Assembly: GCA_028708815.1 (NCBI GenBank) | Contig: JAQVYB010000001.1 | Coordinates: forward strand, 13,589 to 77,588 | DNA from: Kiritimatiellia bacterium | Lineage (GTDB): Bacteria; Verrucomicrobiota; Kiritimatiellia; RZYC01 | Direction of reading: 5' to 3' | DNA: 64,000 nt | Shown: piece after piece, positions 19,612-29,593 of the stretch | Layout: each line of letters opens with the position of its first letter | Position numbering within the stretch: position 1 is the first letter of the stretch | Made by a program: the position numbers and the translations under genes | The notes under the pieces: model-generated | The model's input: only the letters and a program-made list of their open reading frames with translations | Database searches by the model: none | What the model was told of the DNA's origin: nothing

Positions 19612-20535
19612 TCAAAACATTTCTCCGCCCACGCGCAGGGTACGGATTTCGCCCTGGAATTCCAGTACAATGCCGTCGCCATGGACGGATATGAGCTTGA
19701 TGCCCTGGACGCGCTGCCCGCAGGAAATAATCTGTCCGTCGATGATGGCGAGGCCATCTGCCGACTTGTTTTTGGAGGCCATCACGCCGGTCAGGCGTAT
19801 TCTGGGCCAGGCGATCGGGGCGTCCTGTGCGCCGGGCTCGGTGGTTTTGGTTTCCGCATGTGTCGCGGTGAAGGTTTTTTGCTCAATCGGCGCATTTTTC
19901 GGCAGGGATTTTACGGTGTTCGGTTGTTGTTTCAGGGCCGGCTTGGCGGTGGGTTCCGGGGCGGGTTTTTGTGGGGTGGCGGTGGGTGCCGGCTGCAATG
20001 GTTTTGTTTCGGGCGGCGTTTCGGGCGGGGCGTCCATGAGTGTAGCAGCGGTTTCCCGGTCGGCACGCTCGTTGGCGGTGATTTCTTTTGTTTTTTGAAT
20101 GAGTTTATAGGCGAGGGAGGGGTCCCGCTTGGGTTCCTGTTCCGGTTCGCCGGCTTTTTCGTTTTGTGTTTCGAGTTGGGCGGTCGGTGTGGCGGTGGGT
20201 GTGGGTGCCGGTGCGGGCTTGTCCTTGGTCTTTATTCCGGCAAAGAGTCCGGCTTCCAGGGCGTAGTATCCGGCCACGGCCAGGCCTCCGAGCACCAGTA
20301 GAATGATCAGCCAGACGATGATTGTTTTCACGGCGTTTTGTTTCGGGGGCTGCGGCGGTTCTTCGCCGCGCTGAAAGGCGGGCGGCAGAACGGAGGGGGG
20401 TGCGGGGGGAGGAGGGCTCGGCGGAACGCCGCCGGTGGCTTCGGGGAGATCGGGCGTTTCGGCGGTGGGTTCCGAAGGCGCCCTGCTTTGCTTTTCCTCT
20501 GCTTTTCGTTTCAGTGCTTCCTGAACAAGACTCAT
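19612..20535 (-). CDS. GspB/ExeB-like general secretion pathway protein (Pro-rich, single TM, C-terminal GspB-type domain)
   Basis: Immediately downstream of the ExeA-like AAA ATPase. TM segment IIVWLIILLVLGGLAVAGYYAL. PAPTPTATP-rich linker. C-terminus LAIIDGQIISCGQRVQGIKLISVHGDGIVLEFQGEIRTL. Confidence 0.6.
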   Translation of the reverse strand: MSLVQEALKRKAEEKQSRAPSEPTAETPDLPEATGGVPPSPPPPAPPSVLPPAFQRGEEPPQPPKQNAVKTIIVWLIILLVLGGLAVAGYYALEAGLFAGIKTKDKPAPAPTPTATPTAQLETQNEKAGEPEQEPKRDPSLAYKLIQKTKEITANERADRETAATLMDAPPETPPETKPLQPAPTATPQKPAPEPTAKPALKQQPNTVKSLPKNAPIEQKTFTATHAETKTTEPGAQDAPIAWPRIRLTGVMASKNKSADGLAIIDGQIISCGQRVQGIKLISVHGDGIVLEFQGEIRTLRVGGEMF

Positions 20536-20592
20536 GGACGCCCTTCCTTCTATGTCTAAATTAAGGCCCGATACCGAGTGGTATGATGTTGA

Positions 20593-21456
20593 TCAATGTA
20601 GCATGGTCTCCATTTCCCGCACAGCCTTTTTTACTTCCTGCGGGGAGATTGTATGAGTTCCGGCCACGTACCCGGCCAGGAGGGAGCGGTCGGCAATCAT
20701 ATTGATAACGCGCGGGATGCCTCCGCTTTTTTTCAGGATGAGACGTATTGCGCCTTCGTCAAAATGGGTGGGGTAGCCTCCGCCGGCCACCTGCATGCGG
20801 AAACGCAGGTACTGTTTGACATCTTCGAGTTCCAGTGGGCGCAGGTTGCAGTGTACCATGATACGCTGGCGGAGCTGGCGCCACTCCGGGGCACGCAGGC
20901 GCTTGGCCAGTTCGGGCTGCCCGATCAGAATGAGTTGCATGAGCTTGTGCTGATCCGTTTCAAGATTGGAAAGCAGGCGGACCTGTTCCATGACCTTGGC
21001 TTCGAGATCCTGCGCTTCATCAATCACAATGGCGACGTTTTCGTTGCGTGCGTCGCAGGCCAGGAGAAATTCATTGAGCTGTTCGATGTAGGCGAGGCGG
21101 TCGCGCCCGCGCGGTTTGAGGCCGAGGTCAACCAGGATGGCGCGCAGCAGTTGCGATTCGGTGAGCGAGGGATTGAGCACCAGGGCCGTACGGGTGGGGG
21201 GAGGCAGGCTTGAAAGGACGGCCCGGCAAACGGTGGTTTTTCCGCAGCCCACTTCGCCGGTGAGTGTGATGAAGCCTTTGCGTTGTTCAATGCCGTAGCG
21301 AAGGGAGTCAAAGGCCTCGCGATGCTCCTGGGTGAAGAAGAGAAAACGCGGGTCTGGCGTGACGTTGAAGGGTGGTTCGTTGAGGTTGTAAAAAGCCAGA
21401 TACATACGGGTCTCTTTCGGATGAGGATTAGGGTCCGGTGGATTGTTTCTGTTCAA
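20593..21456 (-). CDS. gspA: ExeA/GspA-like AAA ATPase (general secretion pathway protein A)
   Basis: Walker A GEVGCGKTTVCRAVL. Walker B VAIVIDEAQDL. ExeA family architecture of about 290 aa. Confidence 0.8.
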   Translation of the reverse strand: MNRNNPPDPNPHPKETRMYLAFYNLNEPPFNVTPDPRFLFFTQEHREAFDSLRYGIEQRKGFITLTGEVGCGKTTVCRAVLSSLPPPTRTALVLNPSLTESQLLRAILVDLGLKPRGRDRLAYIEQLNEFLLACDARNENVAIVIDEAQDLEAKVMEQVRLLSNLETDQHKLMQLILIGQPELAKRLRAPEWRQLRQRIMVHCNLRPLELEDVKQYLRFRMQVAGGGYPTHFDEGAIRLILKKSGGIPRVINMIADRSLLAGYVAGTHTISPQEVKKAVREMETMLH

Positions 21457-22069
21457 ACGAATTTCCGCTCAGCAGAAATCCGGCCTGTGGTGTGGTGTTT
21501 GTCTGGAGTTCCGGCGCGGTCTCGGGCCGGGTGAAGGAAATCAGTTTCAGGTTTGGCGCGAGCCGACTGATTGGGCGGAGGGCTGAAAGGGCCTGTTGAA
21601 ACCGGAGCACCAGAATTTCCGCCTCCGGGTGAATGACGAGCCCCTGAATGTCGAGGCTTTGATCCCAGGGGGAGAGAGGGCTGGTTGGGAATTTATCGGG
21701 GGCGGAGATGAAGGTGAGGCGTTGCAGTTGAATGCATTCGGGCGTTTCCTGTGCAATGAGCTGAAGGGGTTTCTGAAGGCGTGGGCTTTCCTGTTTCCAT
21801 CGGGCAAGCGCTTCGGCGGTTTGGCGGTTGTGGCGTAAGGCCTGATCCTTTGCGGTGATGCGGTGGAGGGTGGGCGCCCATTTTTCCAACCGCTGTTGAT
21901 ATTGCCTGATTGTTGCCTGCCTGGCCAAGCGGGCTTGCAGTCGGTGTATGCTTAGAGCAAAGGCGAGGATGATCACGGCGGAGACGGCCAATATCAGGGT
22001 CGTGCGTGGGAGAACCGCCCGGTGCTTCCGGGGTCGTGGCGCTGATGTTGCTGTTGAATTCTTGCGCAT
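21428..22069 (-). CDS. Hypothetical single-pass membrane protein, first gene of the gspA/gspB operon (possibly PilN/GspL/M-like)
   Basis: 213 aa. One TM (LILAVSAVIILAFAL) followed by a predicted periplasmic region. Overlaps the gspA start by 29 nt. Confidence 0.5.
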   Translation of the reverse strand: MRKNSTATSAPRPRKHRAVLPRTTLILAVSAVIILAFALSIHRLQARLARQATIRQYQQRLEKWAPTLHRITAKDQALRHNRQTAEALARWKQESPRLQKPLQLIAQETPECIQLQRLTFISAPDKFPTSPLSPWDQSLDIQGLVIHPEAEILVLRFQQALSALRPISRLAPNLKLISFTRPETAPELQTNTTPQAGFLLSGNSFEQKQSTGP

Positions 22070-22261
22070 GGTTGGCTAATGTAAGGGCAAAAGGTTCGGA
22101 AGGGAAGCTCCAATAGCAGGGTGATTATTTGGGATAAGCGTTGTGACTTTTGGAGGAGAAAGGGTAGAAAAAGAAAGAGCAATGTGACGTATCGTGCCGA
22201 CATGGTACGCATTGTGCTGGTAATAGCATGGGGCAGAATCTTCTGTCCGGGAGAGCACGGC

Positions 22262-22690
22262 ATGCGCGGATTATTCCATAAAAAGGAGCGGCAACAGGGC
22301 CGCCGGGGGTTCACTCTGGTGGAGGTGGTGATTGGTATCACCTTGATGGCCATGGTGTTGTTTGCGATGATTGGCGGCCTGCTTTCGGCCAACAGATTGA
22401 GTGCTTCGGCTTCGCAGCACTATGCCGCTTTTCAGCATGCACGTGCCCGGATTGAGCAGATGCGGGGAACGAATTATTCGGCCCTGACCACGAATGATTT
22501 TCCGGCGGGGCAGGTTGAGCTGGGCTATATCAACGGCTTGCAGCGATTGCCGGTTTACGGCTATTTGTCCAACTCGGTGGCCTCGTATTCGTCGCCCGAT
22601 CGCAAGGTGGTGGACGTTTCCGTGACGTGGAGTTTCCGCGGACGTGGGCGGACCCAGGAGGTGCGTGGTGTCATTTATGATAAAAAATAG
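22262..22690 (+). CDS. Minor pilin / pseudopilin with prepilin-type N-terminal cleavage/methylation domain
   Basis: MRGLFHKKERQQGRRG|FTLVEVVIGITLMAMVLF. Internal Met start chosen; the ORF-track start is 22121. Confidence 0.75.
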   Translation: MRGLFHKKERQQGRRGFTLVEVVIGITLMAMVLFAMIGGLLSANRLSASASQHYAAFQHARARIEQMRGTNYSALTTNDFPAGQVELGYINGLQRLPVYGYLSNSVASYSSPDRKVVDVSVTWSFRGRGRTQEVRGVIYDKK

Positions 22691-23285
22691 CCGAACGATC
22701 CATCAGGGGTCGGATGGAAAGGGGGCGAAGGCCGCCCCTTCGAGCGGCTTTACGCTGATTGAAATTATCATTGCCATGGCTCTCTTTTTCGGGTTTATCG
22801 GGGTGATTACCTCGACCTATCTCAATACGTTGAAGGGGACGCATTCGGGGCTCGCTCAAATGAACTATACCACCCAGGCGCGGTTGAGCGGGCAAAAGAT
22901 CGCGCGCTATATTGAGAGCTGTAAGTTTTTCAATTGTGTTTCCTCGACGGAGCTGTCGTTGTTTTCTCCGAATCCGGTCAGCGGGGTGCTGGAGCAGAGC
23001 CGCCTGCGTTATATTCAAAGCGGGAGTGATGTGAGCACGTATCAAATCTGTCATGAAAAGCTGAACACATATGGGTGTGTGACGGAGACCAACCGTCTGG
23101 CGAGCTATGTCACGGCGATCAGCAATCAGCCGATTTTCAGCAAGCGGAGCAAAGTGGTGTATGTGAGTTACCATATTGGTGATCCGGCGGGTTCTGAGTT
23201 GGCGACGGGCAGTGGCCCAGGCTACCAGGGGCAGGAAGTCCGGTTCTATGTGACTCCCCGAAATGTGCAAACCTGGTTCGACTAA
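22677..23285 (+). CDS. Minor pilin / pseudopilin with prepilin-type N-terminal domain
   Basis: MIKNSRTIHQGSDGKGAKAAPSSG|FTLIEIIIAMALFFGFIGV. Overlaps the preceding pseudopilin gene by 14 nt. Confidence 0.75.
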   Translation: MIKNSRTIHQGSDGKGAKAAPSSGFTLIEIIIAMALFFGFIGVITSTYLNTLKGTHSGLAQMNYTTQARLSGQKIARYIESCKFFNCVSSTELSLFSPNPVSGVLEQSRLRYIQSGSDVSTYQICHEKLNTYGCVTETNRLASYVTAISNQPIFSKRSKVVYVSYHIGDPAGSELATGSGPGYQGQEVRFYVTPRNVQTWFD

Positions 23286-23296
23286 AGGAGCGGCTG

Positions 23297-25180
23297 ATGA
23301 GGAATCATTCTTTCAGACAAGCAACGTTACGCCGTAGCGGCTCGACGGTGATCTTTGCCCTGATCATGATCTTCATTGCTGCCGGGACGCTGACGGTCTA
23401 TATGCGTTACACGATTCAGAATGCTCATATGACGCGACGGGTGATTGATACGCAGAAGGCCCGCATGGTGGCGGAGGCCGGCCTCGAATATGCCGAGTTG
23501 AAACTGAAGGAAAAAATCTTTCAGTATTCACTGGGGCTCCCTTTTCGCAGTCAGATGCAGGCGGTGGTCAATGCCATTCCGACCCCGATGTCTCCCGATC
23601 CGACGTATCAGTACATGACGCCGACCGGCGGCAGTGCATTCAAAATAACCGTGGAAGGGGACGTGCTGTATGATCGGCTCATCGCGGATGGGACCGCCTG
23701 CCGGGGATTGCGGGGCGATGTACAGTACTTCACGATTCGTTCCGGCGCCTACAATCCCTCGTCGGGTGCGGGGAGTGTGTTCAGATTGAAGCTGCAGGCT
23801 GTGGGGGTTTATCTGATCCGCTATGCGCTCTTTTATCAGGATGACCTGGAAATCTGGCCGGGCCCGGATATGTACATCACGGGCCCGACCCATGCCAACT
23901 CGGATATGTATATCGGCTGTAATGCCTCGCTGATTTTTTCGGACCGGGTTTGTTCCGCAGGCAATATTTACAATTTCGGGAAGGACGGTCGAACCGGCGC
24001 CGGCAATGTGCGCATTGTGGATGGCAACCAGGTTCCGCAGGCCATGAACCGCGGGAGTTACCGCCTCGACAGTACGTATGCCAACTGGATCAATCAGTCG
24101 TTGAACCTTTGGGATGCCAACGTCCTCTCCCAGGAGCACGGCATTCAAACGTTGCGCCCACCCGTGGATGCCGACAGCCAGACCAATCTGCATGATTTGA
24201 TCGAACGCCCGCTGACCACCAACTCGGCGCATTATTCCATAGCAACCGAAGCCGAAAAGTTTGCCAACAAGGCGACGATTTTCATTCACATTGATTCCCA
24301 TAATAATATCTGGGCCACCAACCGAGTCAAAACAGGTACGAACAGCTGGAGTTCGGCCGACATCAGCACCAATTTTCAGGTTGCTTACCCCTATGTGAAC
24401 GGCTCCATCAATGGAACCCCGTCGTTCTTGAAAACCAACGGGTATTATGTCACTTCCAATGGCTGTATCGGCCTGGATGTTTCCAATTTCTACGATGATC
24501 GCGAAAACAGCTACATGGCGCCGGTGGATATCTATCTGGATGAGTTTCTGCCCATCATCACGAACAACGCCAATCCGGACTTCAACTTCGGCACGAACGA
24601 CTACAGCGGGTTGATTTACGTCACGCGGGACCCCCCCGCTTCCGGCAGCGCCATTCCGTGTGTCCGTCTTCGCAACGGAAAAGAGATGGCTACTGACCTC
24701 TCCGTGGTGACGGACCTTCCGCTCTACGTGGAGGGGAATTTCAATTCCATCAATACAAAGGCCTCGCTGGTGGCGGGTGACGCCGTGACGCTGCTCTCCT
24801 CCGATTGGCAGGATGCACGTACGGGAGCCTACCGGCTCAATCAGCGCCGCGCCGTGAATACCGCGTTTTTCACCATTATCATGACCGGCAACACACCCAC
24901 TATCGGGAGCAGTTACAACGGCGGCGTGGAAAACGTGTTGCGCTTTTTGGAAGACTGGGGCGGGATCACGACCTACTATCGAGGATCCATCATTGATTTA
25001 TGGTACAGCGAAATTGCCGCGACCCGCTGGAATGACGGGTCCGGCGGCTCGTATTATTCCGCCCCGAGGCGTGACTGGGGGTATGATGAAATGTACCGCA
25101 CCAACTGCCCGCCCGGCATGACGCGCGTGTTCGGAATGGAAGAACTCAACTGGGAACAGGTGAGCTGGGACGTCTTCTGA
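23297..25180 (+). CDS. Large pilus-associated protein (PilX/PilY-like?) with N-terminal hydrophobic anchor
   Basis: 627 aa. N-terminal TM VIFALIMIFIAAGTLTVYM. Directly follows the two pseudopilin genes on the same strand. Function inferred from context only. Confidence 0.5.
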   Translation: MRNHSFRQATLRRSGSTVIFALIMIFIAAGTLTVYMRYTIQNAHMTRRVIDTQKARMVAEAGLEYAELKLKEKIFQYSLGLPFRSQMQAVVNAIPTPMSPDPTYQYMTPTGGSAFKITVEGDVLYDRLIADGTACRGLRGDVQYFTIRSGAYNPSSGAGSVFRLKLQAVGVYLIRYALFYQDDLEIWPGPDMYITGPTHANSDMYIGCNASLIFSDRVCSAGNIYNFGKDGRTGAGNVRIVDGNQVPQAMNRGSYRLDSTYANWINQSLNLWDANVLSQEHGIQTLRPPVDADSQTNLHDLIERPLTTNSAHYSIATEAEKFANKATIFIHIDSHNNIWATNRVKTGTNSWSSADISTNFQVAYPYVNGSINGTPSFLKTNGYYVTSNGCIGLDVSNFYDDRENSYMAPVDIYLDEFLPIITNNANPDFNFGTNDYSGLIYVTRDPPASGSAIPCVRLRNGKEMATDLSVVTDLPLYVEGNFNSINTKASLVAGDAVTLLSSDWQDARTGAYRLNQRRAVNTAFFTIIMTGNTPTIGSSYNGGVENVLRFLEDWGGITTYYRGSIIDLWYSEIAATRWNDGSGGSYYSAPRRDWGYDEMYRTNCPPGMTRVFGMEELNWEQVSWDVF

Positions 25181-25322
25181 ACTATCGCGGAAGCCCCGCA
25201 ATCCAATCAGTTTCTTCTTTTCAATCGGCGTAATCTGCGGCCCAAACGAAAGGTCCGGCCCCTAAACACCCCTTGTACAGCGACTTGGTTTTATGCATAC
25301 TGACGCCAAAGGAGCGGACTTT

Positions 25323-26441
25323 ATGAAAGAGGAGCAGACCGTGTGGGTGCCGTTTGACTTGTTGGAGTCTTTTATGGTGGATGTGTTTCGGTCGATCGGC
25401 GTGCCGGAGGGTGAGGCGCGGATTTGTGCGGATGTGCTGATCACGGCGGATCGGCGGGGCATTGATTCGCATGGGGTGGGGCGGTTGAAGCCCATCTATT
25501 ACGACCGCATTGTCAGGCAGCGTATTCAGAATCCGGTGACGCAGATCGAAGTGGTGCGCGATCGGAAGGCGACTGCCGTGCTGGATGGGCATCACGGCAT
25601 GGGGATGGTCATTGCGAAACACGCCATGGAGATGGCCATCGAAAAGGCCCGCACCTACGGCCTCGGCATGGTGGCGGTGCGGAATTCCACGCACTATGGC
25701 TTTGCCGCCTATTATCCGATCATGGCCTGCGAGGCGGATATGATCGGCGTGACCGGCACCAATGCACGCCCCTCCATGGCCCCCACGCTGGGGGTGGAAA
25801 ACATGCTCGGAACCAATCCGCTGGTTTTTGCCATGCCTTCCGACGAGCCCTTTCCCTTCACCAATGATTATGCCACGTCCATCATTCAACGCGGAAAAAT
25901 CGAGCAATATGCGCGCGAGGGGCGGGCTTGTCCGCCGGGTTTGATTATTGACCGGAACGGCGAAACCCTCACCGACTCCGCACGGATTCTCGAAGCGCTC
26001 ACCGCCGGCGAAGCGGCCCTGGCGCCGATCGGCGGGCTCTCCGAAGAAACCGGCAGCCATAAAGGCTATGGCTTTGCCACCGTGGTGGAAATCCTGAGCG
26101 CCGCGCTTCAGCAGGGCGCATTTCTGCAGATGCTCAACGGCATAGACGAGCACGGCGCACGCGCCCCGTATCGGCTCGGGCATTTTTTCATCGCCATGGA
26201 TATTGCCGCCTTCACCGAACCCGCCGCTTTCAAAAAAACCACCGGCGATATTCTGCGTGCTCTGCGTGCCTCCCGCAAGGCCCCCGGAAACGAGCGGATC
26301 TATACGCATGGAGAAAAGGAATATCTGAACGAAGTGGAGCGCCGTGATCGCGGCGCACCGGTGGTCCCTGCGTTGCAGCGGGAGATCATCGCCATGCGCG
26401 ATGAACAGCAGTTGAATCAATATCGTTTTCCCTTCGAGTGA
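25323..26441 (+). CDS. Ldh_2 family oxidoreductase (malate/L-lactate/L-sulfolactate dehydrogenase family)
   Basis: Motif [22 protein letters not shown] and overall Ldh_2 architecture. Start at MKEEQ; ORF-track start is 25293. Confidence 0.8.
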   Translation: MKEEQTVWVPFDLLESFMVDVFRSIGVPEGEARICADVLITADRRGIDSHGVGRLKPIYYDRIVRQRIQNPVTQIEVVRDRKATAVLDGHHGMGMVIAKHAMEMAIEKARTYGLGMVAVRNSTHYGFAAYYPIMACEADMIGVTGTNARPSMAPTLGVENMLGTNPLVFAMPSDEPFPFTNDYATSIIQRGKIEQYAREGRACPPGLIIDRNGETLTDSARILEALTAGEAALAPIGGLSEETGSHKGYGFATVVEILSAALQQGAFLQMLNGIDEHGARAPYRLGHFFIAMDIAAFTEPAAFKKTTGDILRALRASRKAPGNERIYTHGEKEYLNEVERRDRGAPVVPALQREIIAMRDEQQLNQYRFPFE

Positions 26442-26445
26442 GCGC

Positions 26446-27939
26446 ATGAAAAAAAAGTTTGTGTTGGCATTGGATCAGGGGACGACCAGTTCGCGGGCGA
26501 TTCTCTTTGATGGCGAGGGGCGGGTGGTCGGCTCCGCGCAGAAGGCGTTTCGTCAGTCGTATCCTTCGCCGGGCTGGGTGGAACAGGATCCGATGGAAAT
26601 CTGGGCCACGCAAAGCGGGGTGATGACCGAAGTGATCGAGCGGGCGGGTCTGGGGACCGCACGGCTCGCGGCCATCGGCATCACGAATCAGCGCGAGACC
26701 ACGGTGATCTGGGAGAAGGGCACGGGGACACCGATTTATCCGGCCATCGTTTGGCAGTCGCGCCAAACCTCGGAACTCTGCGAGACGTTGAAAAGCGACG
26801 GACTCGCCGCGCATATACACCGTGTCACAGGGCTCGTGATTGATGCCTATTTCTCCGCCACGAAAATCCGCTGGATACTCGACCACGTACCCGGCGCGCA
26901 GGAACGCGCCGAACGCGGGGAACTCCTGTTCGGTACGGTGGACACCTGGTTGCTCTGGAAACTGACCGCCGGACGCTGCCACGCCACCGATTACAGCAAC
27001 GCCTCGCGAACCATGCTCTTTGACATCACCCGTCTCGAATGGGACCCCGTCCTGTTGGAACGCCTCCGCATCCCGCGGGCGATGCTGCCGGACGTGCGGA
27101 CCTCGAGCGAAGTCTACGGCCTGGCCCGCCTCGGCGGTCATGACGTACCCGTCGCCGGTATCGCGGGCGATCAGCAGGCAGCGCTCTTCGGGCAGGCGTG
27201 CTATTCAAGCGGTATGGCAAAAAACACCTACGGCACCGGCGCCTTTCTGTTGCAGCATACGGGCGGGCATCCCGTCTTCTCGGAGAATGGTCTCCTGACG
27301 ACCCTGGCCTGGGGCGTGGAAGGGACGGTTGACTATGCCCTCGAAGGGTCGGTCTTTGTCGCCGGGGCCGTTGTGCAGTGGTTGCGCGATGAACTCGGCC
27401 TCATTCGCGATGCCGCCGATACCGAATATTTCGCAGGCAAGGTGCCCGACACCAACGGCGTCTATCTTGTGCCCGCCTTTACCGGGCTCGGAGCACCCTA
27501 TTGGGATATGTACGCGCGCGGCATCCTCACCGGCATCACACGCGGAACCAACCGGGATCACCTCGTGCGCGCCGCGCTCGAGGCCGTTGCCTACCAGTCG
27601 GCCGACGTGCTGCGGCTCATGGCGGATGAAGCAGGTGCGCCCCTCCGGGAAGTCCGCGTGGATGGCGGTGCCGGTGCAAACAACTTTCTTATGCAGTTTC
27701 AGGCTGATGTGCTGGGCGTTCCGGTGCTGCGCCCGGAAATCACCGAAACCACCGCCCGCGGGGCGGCCTGTCTCGCAGGCCTGGCCGTGGGCCTCTGGAA
27801 AAACCGTACGGAACTGGCGGCCCTCTGGCGGCTTGAACGCTGCTTCGAGCCGCAAATGGAGCCCGCGCATCGGCAGGCGCTTCTCGAAGGATGGCGTCAG
27901 GCTGTCGCCCGGGCCCGCGGTAATCCGTCGGGTGCTTGA
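26446..27939 (+). CDS. glpK: Glycerol kinase
   Basis: [18 protein letters not shown]...[11 protein letters not shown]. 497 aa FGGY kinase. Confidence 0.92.
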   Translation: MKKKFVLALDQGTTSSRAILFDGEGRVVGSAQKAFRQSYPSPGWVEQDPMEIWATQSGVMTEVIERAGLGTARLAAIGITNQRETTVIWEKGTGTPIYPAIVWQSRQTSELCETLKSDGLAAHIHRVTGLVIDAYFSATKIRWILDHVPGAQERAERGELLFGTVDTWLLWKLTAGRCHATDYSNASRTMLFDITRLEWDPVLLERLRIPRAMLPDVRTSSEVYGLARLGGHDVPVAGIAGDQQAALFGQACYSSGMAKNTYGTGAFLLQHTGGHPVFSENGLLTTLAWGVEGTVDYALEGSVFVAGAVVQWLRDELGLIRDAADTEYFAGKVPDTNGVYLVPAFTGLGAPYWDMYARGILTGITRGTNRDHLVRAALEAVAYQSADVLRLMADEAGAPLREVRVDGGAGANNFLMQFQADVLGVPVLRPEITETTARGAACLAGLAVGLWKNRTELAALWRLERCFEPQMEPAHRQALLEGWRQAVARARGNPSGA

Positions 27940-28028
27940 TGGTTGCAGCTCCGAGTGCACTGATTCATTGCGATGTTTGGTGCGACAGCCCCCCGCCCGG
28001 CTCGGACGAAATGCCTCGCCCGAGACTT

Positions 28029-28150
28029 TTTCCAACGATTGGAAAAAACGTCCAAAAAGTTTCCAATGATTGGAAAAAACGTCCAAAAAGTTTCCAATGA
28101 TTGGAAAAATGCTCTGAAAAGTTTCCAATGGTTGGAAAAGCCCGGGAAAG
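28029..28150. repeat. Four tandem 31-bp direct repeats, each containing the perfect palindrome TTCCAATGATTGGAA (first copy TTCCAACGATTGGAA)
   Basis: Units at 28029, 28060, 28091 and 28122 have the form TTTCCAA(C/T)GATTGGAAAAAACGTCCAAAAAG. They progressively diverge towards the 3' end. Confidence 0.9.
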
Positions 28151-28187
28151 GTTAGTGGCCCCCCCCCCCGACGGATTGAATTAGGCC

Positions 28188-28216
28188 TTGACCCGGTATG
28201 AGGGTGTCAGTACTAT
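28188..28216 (+). promoter_or_regulatory. Sigma-70-type promoter TTGACC-N17-TACTAT upstream of nusA
   Basis: -35 TTGACC at 28188-28193, 17-bp spacer, -10 TACTAT at 28211-28216. About 110 bp upstream of the nusA ATG. Confidence 0.6.
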
Positions 28217-28327
28217 CCCGCCTTTGATTCTGACGACCTGTTTGCGAAGAGTGGGTTTGCCCCCACTCTTTTGCGTAAAGGGCGGGTGGTGTGGTTCTTT
28301 GAGCGGTAGGACGGCGAGGGTAAAACG

Positions 28328-29593
28328 ATGAATAATGAATTATTGGCCGTATTGGAATATATGGAGAGAGAGCGGGGTATTGAGCGGGAATCCCTCATAC
28401 AGGCTCTGGAATCGGCTTTGTTGAGCGCCGCACGAAAAAGCGTGGTGGAATCCACGGATATTCGCATTAACATCGATCGCGAAACCTATGACATCAAAGC
28501 GATTGCCCGCAAACGGGTGGTCGAAAAAGTCAAAAATCAACACGATGAAATTTCCTGGGTCAAGGCCCGGATGCTGCGTCCCGAAGTGCAGTTGGGCGGT
28601 ACGGTGGACGTCGAGGTGACCCCGAAAAACTTCGGACGCATCGCCGCACAGACCGCCAAACAGGCGATTATGCACAAGATACGCCAGGCGGAAAAAGAGC
28701 GCGTCTATGATGAATATCGCGACAGCGCGGGAGATATCGTCAGCGGTGCGGTGCGCCGCTTCGAGCGCGGCGACGTGGTGGTGGATCTGGGCCGCGCCGA
28801 GGGGCTGATGCCCATGCGCGAGCGGGTGCCGATCGAAGAATATCAGGTGGGCGACCGGCTTCGTGCGTATGTGGTGCGCGTGGATAATACGCCGCAGGGC
28901 GCGGAAATCATTCTTTCGCGCAGTCATCCGAATTTTGTGCGCCGTCTTTTCGAACTCGAGGTGTCGGAGATTTCAGATGGCACGGTGGAAATCAAGGGCA
29001 TCGCCCGTGAGGCGGGATTCCGCAGCAAAATAGCGGTGCATTCACACGATGAAAAAGTGGATCCGGTGGGCGCGTGCGTTGGGATGCGCGGCATCCGGGT
29101 GAAGAACATTGTCCGCGAGTTGTCGGGTGAAAAGATTGACATTGTCCGCTGGAGCGACGATATACGCACGTTTGTGACGAACTCTCTTGCGCCCGCGAAA
29201 CTGAGACATGTGAGCGTGGAGGAAGCCGAACACAAGATTTGCGTTCAGGTGGATAACGATCAGCTTTCTTTGGCCATTGGTAAGAAAGGGCAGAACGCCC
29301 GGCTCACGGCCAAGCTGACCGGCTGGAAGGTGGATATCCAACGCGAAGAGACCGATGGCGGTTTTGCGGAAAAAGTCGCAAAAGCCGTTGCCGATCTGGC
29401 CCAACTCGAAGGCGTTGGCCCGGAACTGGCGGAGAAACTGGTGCATGGCGGCTTTGCCTCCATGGAAGGCATCGTGACTGCCGAGCTGGAAGATATCGCC
29501 GCACTGGATGGTTTTGATGCGGAACTGGCCAGCCAGGTCCATCAGGCCGTCGAAAAAGCATACGAAGCAATGAACGGACCGATAGAGGATTGA
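28328..29593 (+). CDS. nusA: Transcription termination/antitermination factor NusA
   Basis: N-terminal, S1, KH and AR1-like domains. Immediately followed by infB with a 4-nt overlap. Confidence 0.93.
   Translation: MNNELLAVLEYMERERGIERESLIQALESALLSAARKSVVESTDIRINIDRETYDIKAIARKRVVEKVKNQHDEISWVKARMLRPEVQLGGTVDVEVTPKNFGRIAAQTAKQAIMHKIRQAEKERVYDEYRDSAGDIVSGAVRRFERGDVVVDLGRAEGLMPMRERVPIEEYQVGDRLRAYVVRVDNTPQGAEIILSRSHPNFVRRLFELEVSEISDGTVEIKGIAREAGFRSKIAVHSHDEKVDPVGACVGMRGIRVKNIVRELSGEKIDIVRWSDDIRTFVTNSLAPAKLRHVSVEEAEHKICVQVDNDQLSLAIGKKGQNARLTAKLTGWKVDIQREETDGGFAEKVAKAVADLAQLEGVGPELAEKLVHGGFASMEGIVTAELEDIAALDGFDAELASQVHQAVEKAYEAMNGPIED

Noticed and set aside
27205-28128. 307-aa minus-strand ORF
   Set aside because: Antisense to glpK. 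Its N-terminus is just a translation of the tandem DNA repeat (repeated FPIIGNFLDVFSN peptides).
28029-28150. CRISPR array
   Set aside because: The 31-bp units are contiguous with no unique spacers between them, so this is a simple tandem repeat.
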